This document shows, in pieces, positions 37,908 through 51,815 of a DNA stretch of 64,000 nucleotides (the first letter of the stretch is position 1; every line of letters begins with the position of its first letter). The notes under the pieces are model-generated. The model had not been told where the DNA came from and did not search any database. It worked only from the letters and a program-made list of their open reading frames with translations. The DNA is from an uncultured Acidobacteriota bacterium (GTDB lineage: Bacteria; Acidobacteriota; Vicinamibacteria; Fen-336), in contig CAVXEA010000003.1 in NCBI GenBank assembly GCA_963760685.1, positions 875,781 to 939,780 on the forward strand, in the 5' to 3' direction. Made by a program: the position numbers and the translations under genes.

Positions 37908-40387
37908 CGGGCGCCTCCGCCGGGGAGTCGATGTTGCCGACGGGGAGGATCAGGGTGAAGCGGGCGCCGGCCCCCGGCCGGTTCTCGGCGAACACGTCGC
38001 CGCCGTGGGCCTCGGCCACGCGCTGCACGATCGGGAGCCCGAGCCCGGTCCCGCCCTTGCGGCGGCTGAAGAACGGCTCGAACGCCTGCTTCAGGTTCTC
38101 GCCGGGCAGGCCCGGACCCTCGTCCTCGACCGCGCAACGGGCGCAAGGCCAGGGGCCCTCCGTGTCGAGGCTTCCCACGATGCGGACCACGGAATCGCGG
38201 GGCGAGTGCTGGATCGCGTTGGCGAGCAGGTTCTCGAGGGCCTGCTCGACCCGGGCGGCGTCGATATCGAGCGCGGGCAGGTCGTCCGCGACCTCGTCCG
38301 CCACTCGGACCTGTCGCTCCCGGGCGAGGGTGGCGCAGGAGCGGACCGCGCGCCGCACCACGTCGAGGAGGCGCGTGGGTCCCCGGCGCAGCACCGAAGG
38401 CTTGCCGTAGTCGAGGAGGTCGCGCATGAGCTGGTTCAGGCGATCGACCTGGGAGCGCAGCAGGGCCGCGCCCTCCACGAACTCCGCCCCTTTCCCAAGC
38501 TCGCTCTCGAGCGCATCCACGGTGGCCGAGATGCTGAAGAGCGGATTGCGCACCTCGTGGGCGACCCCCGCCACCAGGGACCCGAGCGCCTCCATGGTCC
38601 GCGCCCGCCGGAGCTGGCTCTGCATGGCCATGAAGTCGGTCACGTCGCGGAAGGTGATGACCCGCCAGGGTGGCTCCCCCTCCCCACGAAACCAGGGGCT
38701 TCCCAGGAGATAGAACGAGCGCCCGCTCGACTCTTCGTGCGCCTCCCCCACGACCGACACGCGGGTCTCCCCGACCTCCCCGTGGAGCCGGTGAACGGTT
38801 CGCCACGGCTCGCGATCGGCGATGTCCTCGAGCTTCCGCCCCACCGCGTCCGCATAGGTCGACCCGGTCTGGAAGTCGCGCGCGGTCCGGTTGAGGCGCA
38901 CGATGCGCCCCAGGGCGTCGGCGAGGATGATGCCGAGGTCGAGGGCGTCGAAGGTCTGCCGCCACTCCTCGGCCGCCTGCCGGAGCTCGGCTTCGAGACG
39001 GCTCTGGCGGGCCTTCGCCATGACCCGGGCAGACACGTCGTTGATGGCACTGACCCGCACGGTGCGGCCCCGATGGGGAAGGGAGCGGGCGCGGACCTCG
39101 ACCGGAAAGACCGAGCCGTCCCGACGTCGGGCCAGGTGCTGGTAGGGTTCTTCGGAGGCGCTACGGAGGCTCGCCCTCACGCGCTCCTGATCCTCGTCGG
39201 CCACGAAGGCCATGACCTCGCGCCCGACCAGGTCGGCCACGCTGTAGCCCAGGAGCGCGGCGAGCTGCTCGTTCGCGTCGATGAACAGCGCCCCCCTCGG
39301 TGATCGCGATCCCCTCGAACGCCGCCGCGGCCAGTCTCTCGAATCGCTCCTCGCTCTCCCGTATGGCCTCTTCGGCGCGCTCGCGCTCGATGGCGGCGGC
39401 GAGGACGGCGGCCGCGGCCTTCAGGGCCTCGATCTCGGGGCCCGACCACTGGCGCTCGAAGCCCATCTCGTGGATGCCCATGACCCCCCACCACTGGCCG
39501 TTGGTGAGGATCGGCACCGCGGCGAAGGACTTCGTGCCCAGGATCTTGAACACCGCCTGCTCTTCCTCGGAGAGACGGCTCACGATGGCGACCAGCGGCT
39601 GGCCCTGCCGCATGCTGTCTTGCCGATGCCCCAAGCCGACGTCCTGCCAGCGGATGCCCTCCTTGATGCGAGGCTCCCTCAACAGCCGCGGTATGTCCGG
39701 CGCGGCCCATTCGGCGAGAAGCACGCCGCGGAGCGCATGGTCGGGGTCGACCTCGTTTCGGGTGATGCCGATGCGAGAGACGTTCACGGCGCGCCCTAGT
39801 CGCTCCAGGGCGAGGTCGATGTGGGTGAGCCAACGCCCAGGCTCGAGGAGCTGGGCGGCGCCGAAGGCCACCGCCTCCAGGATCCGGCCGCGTCGCTCCC
39901 GGTCTTCCTCGGCCTGCTTTCGCGCGGTGATGTCGGTGAGGGTGAGCCAGTAGCTGAGGAGGCGGCCCTCCTGGATCACGCCGAGCGCGCTGCCGTTCAC
40001 CCAGCGGCTCGACCCATCCTCCAGACGGTGGACCTCCTCGCCGTCGACCAGCCGATAGCCCGCGCGCACGAACTGGCGAATGCCCTCGAGCCGCTCCGGG
40101 TCGTCGTGCGGCATCAGCTCGGGGAGCAGGCGCCCCACCATCGCCGCCGCGTCGCGGTCATAAAGGCGCGCGAACAGCTCGTTGCAGTCGGCGATACGGC
40201 TATGCTGGGCGATCCGAGCAACCTGCTCTTCCTGCGGCGCCCCGACGTTCACCGGCTGATCGAGGGTGAAGCGGGCGATGGCGTTCCCGCTCAGGGCGAG
40301 GAACTGCCGATAGCGGTCGTCGCTCTCGGCTCGAGCGCTCGGCTCCGCACCACTTGCGACCCGGGGGACATCGGCCGGCCCCGTCAT
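37900..40387 (-). CDS. PAS-GAF-PAS sensor histidine kinase (NtrB-like); single indel in a G7 homopolymer near 39285
   Basis: HisKA H-box HEVRNPLFSI; HATPase GGTGLGLPIV. Upstream PAS/GAF modules continue in a second frame. The junction is ACCGAGGGGGGGCGCTGTTC. Confidence 0.8.
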
Positions 40388-40438
40388 GGTTTCTATGCGC
40401 GCTAGTCTACGCTCACCGGGGCCAGACGGGCCACCCCG

Positions 40439-41976
40439 TCAGCGTCCGGCGATGCGCAAGGCCAGGGCGTACGAGCTAGGACGGGCAGCGGGCAGCTCGA
40501 CGGTCAAGCCCGTGTCGTCGCGCGACCACGTCACGGGGGCCTTGGCCCCCAGGAGCTCGACCGACGCGATCTCGCGCGTCCAGTGCGTCGATTTGCGGGA
40601 GAGCGAGCGGATGGTCACGCGTCCGCTCGCGGGCCAGTCGAGCACGATCGCGTAGAGCTTGCCATCCTTCGTGGTGAAGCGGACGTCCTCGGCGGTGAAG
40701 GGCTTGCGCTTCTCGTCGGCGAAGGGTCCCTCGACCACGGCGGTCGGGCCTTCGCCGAAGATGACGAAGGGCCGGGTCCCGTAGATGGCCTCGCCGTTGA
40801 CCGCGAGCCACTGGCCGATCTCGCGCAGCATCTTCTCCTCGGGCTCCGCGATCGTACCGTCGGGCTTGGGTCCGATGTTGAGGAGCAGGCTGCCGTTCTT
40901 GCTGACGATGTCCACGAGGTCGTCCACGATCGAATCGACCGTCTTGTACTCGTGGTTCTTGACGTAGCCCCAGGAGGTCTTGGAGACCGAGGTGTCGGTC
41001 TGCCAGAAGAGCGGCCGTAGGTTCGCGAGCTGGCCGCGCTCGATGTCGAGAACGCCCGCGGTGTCGGGGAAGGACTCGCCGCCGTGCTTCTTGTAGTTGA
41101 TCGCGACTCCCTTGCCCCACTCCTGGCCGCGGTTGTAGTAGAAGGCCGCGAACTTCTGGAGGTTCGTGTGCGCCGCCGGCTGCGCGATCCACCAGTCGAA
41201 CCACACGAGCTGGGGCTTGTACTTGTCGACGAGCTCGGCGGTGCGCGCGAGCCAGTCGTCGAGGAACTCCTGGCTCGGCGGAGTCTCCTGCTTCTCCGAG
41301 CGCTCCCGGTCGGCGGCGGGGGCGTAGAGGCCGGCGTAGCGCGGGTCCTTGACGTCGGAGTCGAACTTCATGCCCTCGCCGAAGAACCACCAGTGCTCGA
41401 TGCGATGGGAGGAGAGGCCGAAGATCAGCCCCTCGGCCCGCGTGGCTTCCGCGAGCTCGCCCACCACGTCGCGCTTCGGCCCCATCTTGGCCGCGCTCCA
41501 GTCGGTGAAGGAGCAGTCGTACATGGGGAAGCCGTCGTGGTGCTCGGCCACGGGAACGACGTAGCGAAAGCCCGCGGCCTTGAAGAGCGCCGCCCAGCGC
41601 CGGGCGTCGAACTTCTCGGCCTTGAACATGCGGGATGAAGTCCTTGTAGCCGAAGCTTCGACTGCGGACCATAGGTGGCGACGTGGTGCGCGAACTCCTT
41701 CTCGCCCTGCTTGTACATGTTGCGCGGGTACCACTCGTTGCCGAACGCGGGCACGGAGTAGATCCCCCAGTGGATGAAGACCCCGAACTTGGCGTCCTCG
41801 TACCACTCCGGGGTCTTGAACTTCGCGAGGGACGCCCAGCTCGGCGCGAAGGGGCCCAAAGCCGCCACCTTGTCCACCTCGCGCACCTTTTCGGCGACTT
41901 TCCCATCCTCGGCCCCCTCGACGCCGGCTGCCCAGGGCAGCGCGAGCCACAACAAGGCGATCCGGATCTGGCTCAC
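40439..41976 (-). CDS. Alpha-L-fucosidase (GH29); frameshift near 41630
   Basis: Signal peptide, then WYEDAKFGVFIHWGIYSVPAFGNEWYPRNMY. After the shift: FKAEKFDARRWAALFKAAGFRYVVPVAEHHDGFPMYD. GTG start with GGAGG RBS. Confidence 0.8.
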
Positions 41977-41989
41977 GACGCTACCCTCC

Positions 41990-43842
<1,853 letters not shown>

Positions 43843-43843
<1 letters not shown>

Positions 43844-44706
43844 CAGTGCAGCTCGAGCGCCTCGCGGATCGCCTTCTCGGCGAGAGGGGCCATCACCGCG
43901 TAGCCGGCGGCGTTCGGGTGCAGGCCATCGTCGGTGAGCTCCGGCTTGAGCAGTCGGTTCGCGTCGGCGAGCGCCGAGAAGTAGTCGAGGTAGACGTGAT
44001 GGTTGGTCCGTGCGTAGTCGGCGAGCCAGCGGTTCAAGGTGAAGAGCGTCGCGGTCGGCCGATCCCTGGTTCGCACCATCGCCTCACCCTTCGCGTCCTT
44101 CTTGTCGTCGGACACGGGAAGCAGCGAGGCGAGCACGACCTTCAAGTGGTGAGCCTGCGCGAGCTCGGCCATCGTCGCCAGGTTGTTCTCGACTACCTCG
44201 AGGGCGACCGGCCCGGCGTTGCCGGCGATGTCGTTCGTCCCCGCCAGGATCACGACGGCATCGGCCTTCAGAGAGAGGACGTCGGCCCGAAAACGCACGA
44301 GCATCTGGGCGGTGGTCTGGCCGCCGATGCCGCGGTTCACGTAGGGCCGGCCGGCGAAGAACCCGCCGTACCCCGCCTTCGACCAGTTGTCGGTGATCGA
44401 GTCGCCGAAGAAGACCACGCGCCGCTCGCCGGACCGCGGCGCCCCGAGGGCTGCGTTGGCGGCGGCGTAGCGCGAGAGCCGTCCGTAGTCGAAGGCCACG
44501 AACTCCAGGCACTCGGTCCTCTCCCCGCCTTCGAAGCGCGCGCAGCCCTTCGGCCAGACCGGGAACCTCGCGTCCGGCGCGGCCGGCTCGTACTGCCCGG
44601 GGAAGGCCACCTGTGCGGGGGCTGGAGTCGGGTGGGCCGCGGGCGCCGGAGCCTGCGCCGCGGCGGCCGCGAGCCACGAGAGGAGGAGGGGAGCGAGCAT
44701 GGCCAT
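43843..44706 (-). CDS. SGNH/GDSL hydrolase (lipase/esterase)
   Basis: Signal peptide MAMLAPLLLSWLAAAAAQA. Motifs FFGDSITDNW, GTNDIAG, DDGLHPN. TGATG overlap with the GH3 start. Confidence 0.85.
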
Positions 44707-44809
44707 GCGGCATCCTACATTCCCCACTCCGCGGATGCCACGCGCCGCCCACGCTGGTCGAAGCCGTGCTTCGCATGGAGAAGGTAGAATGCCGGACCGA
44801 AAGGACCAC

Positions 44810-45648
44810 ATGAGCAGAGTGGGTCGGACGATCGGGTCGCTCCTTGCCGCCGCGCTCTGGGTACCGCCGGCGGCTTCGCCTCAGGACGCCCCGGGACCGC
44901 CGCCGCCGTCCTCGACTCGTTCGTCGGCCGGTCCCGAGGTTCACGAGCTGCTTCCCGATCTCGGGCGGATCGGGTCCGAGGTCGGGATCCTGGCCGGACC
45001 TTCGTGGAACCCCTACGAAGTGGGGGGCGGCTATCACGTCGGTGGCTTCATCGACCTGCCCCTCCTCCGGGTCCCAGGCGGCACGCTGTCGTACGAGATC
45101 CTGATCGCCTTCTCGGACGCGAAGAGCGATCCGTTCATGACCACCAACTCCGTCGCCTTCGTGGCGAACCTGGCCGCGGGGGCGAGCCCGGCCGACGCCC
45201 TCGCCGGCCCTCCTGCCGCACCCTTCCCCGTGCGGCGCCAGGTGACGACGCGGCTTCATCTTCTCGAGGTGGCGCCTTTCGCGCTCAGGTATGAGATCCA
45301 TACCCTCGACCACCTGAGGCTCCGGCCCTACTTCGGCCTCGGCCTCGACTTCCTGGTCACGATCACTCGCCAGGATCCGGTGCAAGGACGAGAGCCTGAT
45401 CTTCACGGGGACGGCGCCCTTCGACGCCGCGCTCATCGCCGCCCTCATCGCCCAGGCCCCGGAGCTCACGGACCGCAAGGTGCCGACCGGCCAGGGCAAC
45501 ATGGAGATCGGGGGCCACGCGATGGCTGGCTTGGAGATCCGCGTCTCGCGCGCGCTCTCCTTGAACCTCGAATACCGTCTGACCCAGATCGGATCCTCGA
45601 GCGGTCGTCTGCACGCCTTGAGCACCGCGGTGGGCCTCCACTGGTGAG
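44810..45648 (+). CDS. Small outer-membrane beta-barrel protein (OmpW/OmpA-like); frameshift near 45395
   Basis: Signal peptide MSRVGRTIGSLLAAALWVPPAASP. After the shift, C-terminus ...LEYRLTQIGSSSGRLHALSTAVGLHW*. Confidence 0.55.
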
Positions 45649-45654
45649 CGACCG

Positions 45655-46131
45655 TTGAATCGCAGGGCCCTGCTCGGAACCCTGTTGGGCGTTCCGGGGG
45701 CCGGCGCCCTCCTGCCTTCGACGGCAGAGGCCACGGAGTACACCTCCGCCCTCTCGGTCTTCGCCGCCGTCGACCTCCTGGAGGAGGAAGTGGACCTGCG
45801 TCTTCGTGCTCTGGCCGAGGCTTCGCCGGGGGCCAAGGCCTTCTCCCTGAGCGCCCTCGCCGACCACGAGCGCGCGCGCCAGGCCCGCGCCCGCCTCCGC
45901 CGTCGCCTCGCTCTGCCGCCCTCGTCCGCGGCGCGACCGTCCGCCTCCGGGCTCACGTCGCTCGAGGCCTTGCGGACGGCCCAGGAAGCGCTGGTGTACG
46001 CGCATGCCGAGGGATTGCCTGCGCTCGGCGATCCCCTTGCCGTGAACCTCATGGCGGGGCACATGGTCGAGCTCTCGCGCCAGCTCACCGTGACCCTTCT
46101 CTGGATCGAGTCCGAGGCGAGTCGTGGCTGA
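45655..46131 (+). CDS. Tat-signal small protein, hypothetical
   Basis: MNRRALLGTLLGVPGAGALL; overlaps the next gene. Confidence 0.45.
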   Translation: MNRRALLGTLLGVPGAGALLPSTAEATEYTSALSVFAAVDLLEEEVDLRLRALAEASPGAKAFSLSALADHERARQARARLRRRLALPPSSAARPSASGLTSLEALRTAQEALVYAHAEGLPALGDPLAVNLMAGHMVELSRQLTVTLLWIESEASRG

Positions 46132-46672
46132 GAGCCGGAACGAGCCGACCCAGGTCCTGGTGCCGCGCCGCGATTTCGTGGTTCGGATCGCGCAGGCCGC
46201 GGGCGTCGCGCCCCTGGTTCTCGGCCTGCTGGAGGGCACGGCCACGGCCTTGCCCCGGAGCGAGGAGACCGACTTGGCGATCCTCTATGCCGCCCTGGCC
46301 CTCGAGCACCACGCGATCGCCGTCTACGACGAGGGGCTGAAGCGCCGGCTCGTGCCCCCGGGCCTGCGGGACTACGCGGTCGAGTTCCGGGGCGACCACC
46401 TGGGCCATCGCGACACCCAGATCGCGATCGCCGAGGAACGCGGCGGCCGGCCCCCCGCGCCGCTCGATCACTACGAGATGGGACCCCTCCGGAGCGCCGA
46501 CGATCTCGTTCGCCAGGCGCTCGAGATCGAGGTGGCGGCACAGCGCGCGTACCTCGCGGTCATCAGCCAGATCCGGACCAAGGACTACCTGCTCTCCGCG
46601 GCCTTCATCCTGGTGGACGAGGTCCGCCACATGACGGTCTGGCGTCGCGTGCTCGGCCTCAAGATCTACTGA
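46124..46672 (+). CDS. Ferritin-like domain protein
   Basis: Four-helix-bundle-like pattern LALEHHAIAVYDEG ... LEIEVAAQRAYL ... ILVDEVRHM. Confidence 0.5.
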   Translation: MAESRNEPTQVLVPRRDFVVRIAQAAGVAPLVLGLLEGTATALPRSEETDLAILYAALALEHHAIAVYDEGLKRRLVPPGLRDYAVEFRGDHLGHRDTQIAIAEERGGRPPAPLDHYEMGPLRSADDLVRQALEIEVAAQRAYLAVISQIRTKDYLLSAAFILVDEVRHMTVWRRVLGLKIY

Positions 46673-46733
46673 CCGCCCCCGGCCGGGAAGGCGAGGCTTT
46701 GTGGCCCGCGGCCTTTGTGGTAACTGATGAGCC

Positions 46734-47276
46734 ATGCCGATCTACGAGTTCTACTGCTCGGACTGCCATCGGATCTTCAGCTTCCTGTCGAGGAGCGTGA
46801 ACACGAACAAGCAGCCGGCGTGCCCTCGCTGCGGCCGGGCCAGGACTGACCCGACGCGTCTCGTCCTTCGCGATCTCCAAGGGCCGCAAGGAAGAGCCGG
46901 CCCGGCCGGTCGAGCCCGACCTTCCTGGCCTTCCTCCGGGCATGGACGAGGCGCGGCTCGAGCAGGCGATGGCGACCCTGAGCCGGGAAGCCGAAGGCAT
47001 GAACGAGGAAGACCCGCGGCAGGGGGCGAAGCTCATGAGGCGCCTCTTCGAGGCGACGGGAATGCCGGTGGGCGCGGGAATGGAGGAAGCGCTTCGCCGC
47101 ATGGAGTCGGGGGAGGACCCGGAGAAGATCGAAGAGGAGATGGGGGACGTGATGGAGGATCCCCTCGCCCCGAAGGAGGGGGTGAGCCTTCGAGCGACGG
47201 GCCCCGGAAGGCGCTCCGGGGCTTGCGCCGGCGGGTCCTGCCGCCCAGCGTCGATCCCGAGCTCCACGAGATGTAG
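46734..47276 (+). CDS. FmdB-family zinc-ribbon regulatory protein; frameshift near 46848
   Basis: [36 protein letters not shown]. Junction GGGCCAGG is probably one C short. Confidence 0.6.
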   Translation: MPIYEFYCSDCHRIFSFLSRSVNTNKQPACPRCGRARTDPTRLVLRDLQGPQGRAGPAGRARPSWPSSGHGRGAARAGDGDPEPGSRRHERGRPAAGGEAHEAPLRGDGNAGGRGNGGSASPHGVGGGPGEDRRGDGGRDGGSPRPEGGGEPSSDGPRKALRGLRRRVLPPSVDPELHEM

Positions 47277-47292
47277 AGTTAGGGAGCACGCC

Positions 47293-48519
47293 ATGGACCC
47301 AGCGTTCCGAGAGTTCCTCGCCGGCGAGCTCACGCAGATCCAGGAGCAGGGCCTCTTCAAGGAAGAATGGCCGCTCCTCGGGCCCCAGGGGGCCGAGATC
47401 CGCGTGTCGCGGGCAGCCCGAGCCCGTGCTCAACTTCTGCGCGAACAACTACCTGGGCCTCTCGGGCCATCCCGAGCTGATCGCCGCCGCCCACCGCTCC
47501 CTGGACGAGTGGGGCTACGGCATGTCGAGCGTGCGCTTCATCTGCGGCACCCAGGCCCTCCACCTGGAGCTGGAGCGTCGCGTCGCGCAGTTCCTGGGCA
47601 TGGAGGATGCGATCCTCTACGCCGCCTGCTTCGACGCGAACGGCGGGGTCTTCGAGCCCCTGCTCGGCCCCGACGACGCGATCGTGGCCGACAAGCTGAA
47701 CCACGCCTCGATCATCGACGGGGTGCGCCTCTGCAAGGCCAAGCGCTACCTCTACGAGCACGCGGACATGGCCGACCTCGAGGCGAAGCTCGAGGAGGCG
47801 GCCGGGCGCGCGCTTCCGCATGATCGTGACGGACGGCGTCTTCTCGATGGACGGCGACATCGCACCCCTCGGGGCGATCTGCGATCTCGCCGATCGCCAC
47901 CGGGCTCTCGTGATGGTGGACGACTGCCACGCCACGGGCTTCATGGGCAAGACGGGTCGGGGGACCTTCGAGCACTGCGGCGTCGGCGGGACGCATCGAC
48001 GTCATCACCACCACCTTCGGCAAGGCGCTCGGAGGCGCCCTCGGGGGCTGCACCGCGGGAAGCAAGGAGATCATCGGGCTTCTCCGCCAGCGGAGCCGGC
48101 CCTATCTCTTCTCGAACGCGCTCCCCGCCGCCGTCTGCGGCGCCACCCTTCGCGCCCTCGAGCTCGTGTCCGAGACCACCGAGCTTCGGGACCGCCTGGA
48201 GGCCAACACCCGCGTCTTTCGCGAGCGCATGACCGCGGCGGGCTTCGACATCCGGCCGGGTGTCCATCCCATCGTGGCCATCCTGTTCTCCCGGTTCGCG
48301 CCCGACGACGCGCCCCTGGCCCAGCGCTTCGCCCGGGCTCTTCTCGAGGAGGGCATCTACGTGAAGGGCTTCTTCTACCCGGTGGTGCCCAAGGGCCTCT
48401 CGCGGATCCGCGTTCAGGTCTCGGCCGGGCACACCACGGCCCACCTCGACCGCGCCGTCGCCGCGTTCACCAAGGTCGGACGCGACGCTCGGCGTCCTGT
48501 CCCGCTGAAGGAGGCCTGA
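47293..48519 (+). CDS. kbl: 2-amino-3-ketobutyrate CoA ligase (glycine C-acetyltransferase); 3 frameshifts
   Basis: [26 protein letters not shown]; then [18 protein letters not shown] ... [18 protein letters not shown]; then [16 protein letters not shown] ... [10 protein letters not shown]; then [19 protein letters not shown] ... [22 protein letters not shown], in successive frames. Confidence 0.85.
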
Positions 48520-49374
48520 ATGCTGGCCGCGACCGCGTTGCTCCTGTCGACCCTGGCCCTGGCCGGGCCGGAGAACCTCGGCCTGGCTCGAGCCCTATCG
48601 GGCCGGTGTCCGTCTCGTCGAGCAGGGCAAGGGCGCCGAAGCCAGGAAGGCGCTGGAGACGGCCCTCGGCCAGCGCGGCGTCGGCGGCCTGCGCGTGCCG
48701 GTCGGAGGCGTCGAGTACGTCGACTACCTGCCCCATCTCTACCTGGCGATGGCCTGCCAGATGAGTGGCGACCCCGATGCGGGGCGCGCCTATCTCGTGG
48801 CCGCCGAGCAGGAGGGGTTCGCCGCGAAGAGCGAAGCGCGGCCGGCCCCTGCTCGACGCGCAACGGGTCCTGCTTGCGCGCCGAGCCGCCGCCGCCCCGC
48901 GCCGCGACCAGCGCCCCGCGCTCCGGGTCCGTCCCTCGCTACCGGGACTACGAGCGCAAGCCGGTCGTCCTTTCGGAGCCGCGAGGTCGACGACGCTGCG
49001 CGCCGAGGTCCTGGCGCGCTGCCAGCTGAAGCCGGAGACCCGGCCCCAGGACGCGCCCTGGTACTTCCACTACGAGCTCGGCCGGGACCTCTACCGCCGC
49101 GGCGACCCGCAGCGGGCGCTCGACGCGCTCATCGAGGCCGCGACCCTGCGCGCGGACCCGGGCCACGGCGCGCGGATCTACGGCATGTGGTTCATGGACT
49201 ACCTGCCCGTACCTGGAGATCGCCCGCGCCCACGCGCGGCTCGGGAACTGGGACTGCGCGCAGAACGCGCTCGAGTTCTCACGCCAGGCGAAAGAGGTCT
49301 CCGAGCACGACAAGGAGTTCGCGGAGTTCCGGAGTCTCGCCCTCGAGACCGAGAGCCACCTCAAGAAGAAGTAG
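48520..49374 (+). pseudogene. Secreted TPR-like protein with 'YxxYLPxxYL' repeats; about 4 frameshifts
   Basis: Signal peptide [17 protein letters not shown]. Repeat blocks [29 protein letters not shown] and WYFHYELGRDLYRRGDPQRALDAL ... MWFMDYLP. C-terminus ...FRSLALETESHLKKK*. Confidence 0.5.
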
Positions 49375-49397
49375 CGCGAACCCCGACGCCCGGTCGG

Positions 49398-50628
49398 TCA
49401 GAACCGATAGACGACCGAGACCAGGCTTTCCTTCAGCGCGCTTCGCGAAGTTCGCCGCGAAGTCGATCTGGAAGTGGCCGCCCAGCACGAAGCCCGCTCC
49501 GAAGGTGCCGTGGACCTGGTTCGAATCCTGGAGCTTCTGGCCGTCGTGGTCGGGATCGGTGAAGACGCCGGCCCGGATCGAGAAGGGCGTCTTGCCCGAA
49601 AGGAAGGTGTACTCGGTGCCCAGGTGGAACTCGACAGCCGTCGTCGATTCCCTCCAGGATGTCGGCGTTGTCGGTCAGGTCTTCCCGACTGGGGGACAGC
49701 ACCGAGTACTTGATCCACCGGACCTCGGTCGACAACACCCAGCGGTCGGTGGGGCGGAACGCGATGCCGCCGCTCAGGATGTCCGGGACCTGGTAGTCCA
49801 CGTCCTCGGGGGTGGGTCCGCTGGCGAGGGCGTCGCCGAAGTTGGGGCCGGAGGAGAACTCCTGCGTCGATCCGCGTGAGGCTGTACTTGCCGCCCTGCT
49901 CGTAGAACGACCCCGGCCGAGAACTTGCCGTTCGGGTTCACGAGCACGCCGACGTTGAAGGTGACCTGCCGGTTCTCGTCGTTGATCTGCCGCGACAGCC
50001 GATACGTGTCCCCGTCCACGTCGGCGTAGTCGAAGACGTTGCCGGTGTTCTGCGAACCTGAGCGCGAGAATCCCGGACGGAGGCTCCCACCGCGAGGTTG
50101 GGAGTGATCTTGAAGGCCACGGAGGCCCCGATGTTGTCGAGCAGGAGGTCCGCACTCGAGCTCAGGGCGAGGTTCGCGGGCGTGCCCTCGAAGACCTCCC
50201 CCTGGTCGGAAGAACGGGAAGAGCTCTTGAAGTTGGTCGCCTGCTGGTAGTAGACGGAGATCGCCGCGCCTCTTGAAGGGGTAGACGAAGCTGAAGTAGG
50301 CGGGCGAGACCACCTTGCGTCGCGAAGGTCGCCTGTCTGATTCGGGTCACCCAGGAAGGGGTTGACGAACTCGTTCTCGAACCGCGTGGTGCGCAGGTGC
50401 GCGGAGATCTCGGGCTTGGTCAGGATGGTGAGGCCGGCCGGGTTCGACTCGGCCGCGGTCGCGTCGTCGGCGATCGGCGACGAACGTGGCTCCCATGCCG
50501 AGGGCCCGGGCCCCGGGCGGCGCGAACTGGAACTGGACGGGGATGGTGCGGGCCCGTGGCTTCGTTTGCGCCATGGCCAACGGGGCCGCCAGGAACAGGA
50601 CACCGAGACCCATCATGGTCCGCCGCAT
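49398..50628 (-). pseudogene. FadL-like outer-membrane beta-barrel (OMP2, paralog of 10941-12341); at least 4 frameshifts
   Basis: Signal peptide MRRTMMGLGVLFLAAPLAMAQ; GARALGMGATFVAD. In another frame SPIADDATAAESNPAGLTILTKPE (compare OMP1 AVSDDGTAASWNPAGL). C-terminus ...LVSVVYRF*. Confidence 0.6.
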
Positions 50629-50715
50629 CGGACGACTCCTTTCCATGCCCAACACGGGAAGGAGCAACGAATACCATAGGCGCACCTTCAGGGGCAACCG
50701 TCCCCAGGATCCCGG

Positions 50716-51815
50716 TCACCGGCTCTGCTTGAAGAGCTCGACGAAGCGGGGGCGAGAACGCCTGCGGATCGGGGCTCGCCTGAGGATCGAGCTTCTTGCA
50801 GGCGCGGGCGTCGGCCTGTGAGCTCGCCAGGAGGCCTTGATCCTTCTCCCCGCCGATCAGGTAGAGGGCGTGGCGGGCCGCCGCCCGCAGCATCAGGCCT
50901 TGAGCGCCCGCCTTGCCGGGGAGCGCGTCCGCGCCCGCGAGGAGCGCTACCGTTTGCGGGTACTGGGCCGCGAAGAACGCCCGCGCTCCGGCCCGCAGCT
51001 CGTCCGGGGCCGGCGCCCTGGTCGGCGGCGCCGTGGGGACGGTGCTGGGCGACGGAGTCGGCTTGGGAGCAGGGGTCGCCTCGGCGCGCCTTCGCGTGGC
51101 ATGGCTGCATCACCCCGTCGAGCTGCTGGGCCGCGCGGTCCGCGGCCTCGCGCGCTTCCCCGAGCGGACCGAGATCAGGCTTCCGGCGCGCGGCCTCGAG
51201 CTTGGCGCGGGCTGAGGCCAGAGCCTCCCGCGCCCGTTCCTGGGTCGGGCCGAGCGCGCCGTCCTGGCTCCAGAGCGGGGCCAGAACCGGATCACCCGAA
51301 AGCGCTATCACCGCTCGCATGGCGTCGTCGGCGCGCTTCAGCGCGGCTTCGGCCGCCTGCGTGGCCTGGGCCACGGCTGCGGGGTCGGGCCCGGGCAAGA
51401 CGGCGGGGGAGTGGGCTTGGGCGGTGCGGACTTGGCCTCGCACGACCCCCTTGTTCTTCGCCAGGGTCCGGTACTGATCGGTCTTGCGCACCGCCCCCTG
51501 GGCTTCGGAGATGGCCCACGACCGCAGAGCGCCCGGGCAATCGCCGGAGTTGAAGAGGGCGAGCCCGAGGTAGAAGTGAGGCAGGTAGGTCTCGAAGCGC
51601 TGGCCGTAGAAACGGATCGTCTCGCCTTCGGTGGGCCTGGAAGCGATGGCCTCCTGCATCAGACGGGCAGCGTCTGCCCACTTGGACTTCTCGACGGCCT
51701 CGACGCCCTGCTTGTAGCCGTCCTTGTAGTCGGCCGAGGCGAGGCGCGCGAACCCCGGCAGGGCCAGGAGCAAGAGGGCGACCGGCGCGAGAAGGCTCCG
51801 GGTCCGCCTCCTCAA
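50716..51815 (-). CDS. Secreted 'YxxYLPxxYL'-repeat TPR-like protein (paralog of 48520-49374); at least 1 frameshift
   Basis: TTG start with GGAGGG RBS. Signal peptide MRRRTRSLLAPVALLLLALPGFARLASA. Motif RFYGQRFETYLPHFYLGLALFNSGDCPGAL. Start overlaps the stop of the upstream kinase-PEGA gene. Confidence 0.55.

Noticed and set aside
37831-39303. 490-aa and 459-aa plus-strand ORFs opposite the NtrC and histidine-kinase genes
   Set aside because: Antisense artefacts; the minus-strand genes have strong domain matches.
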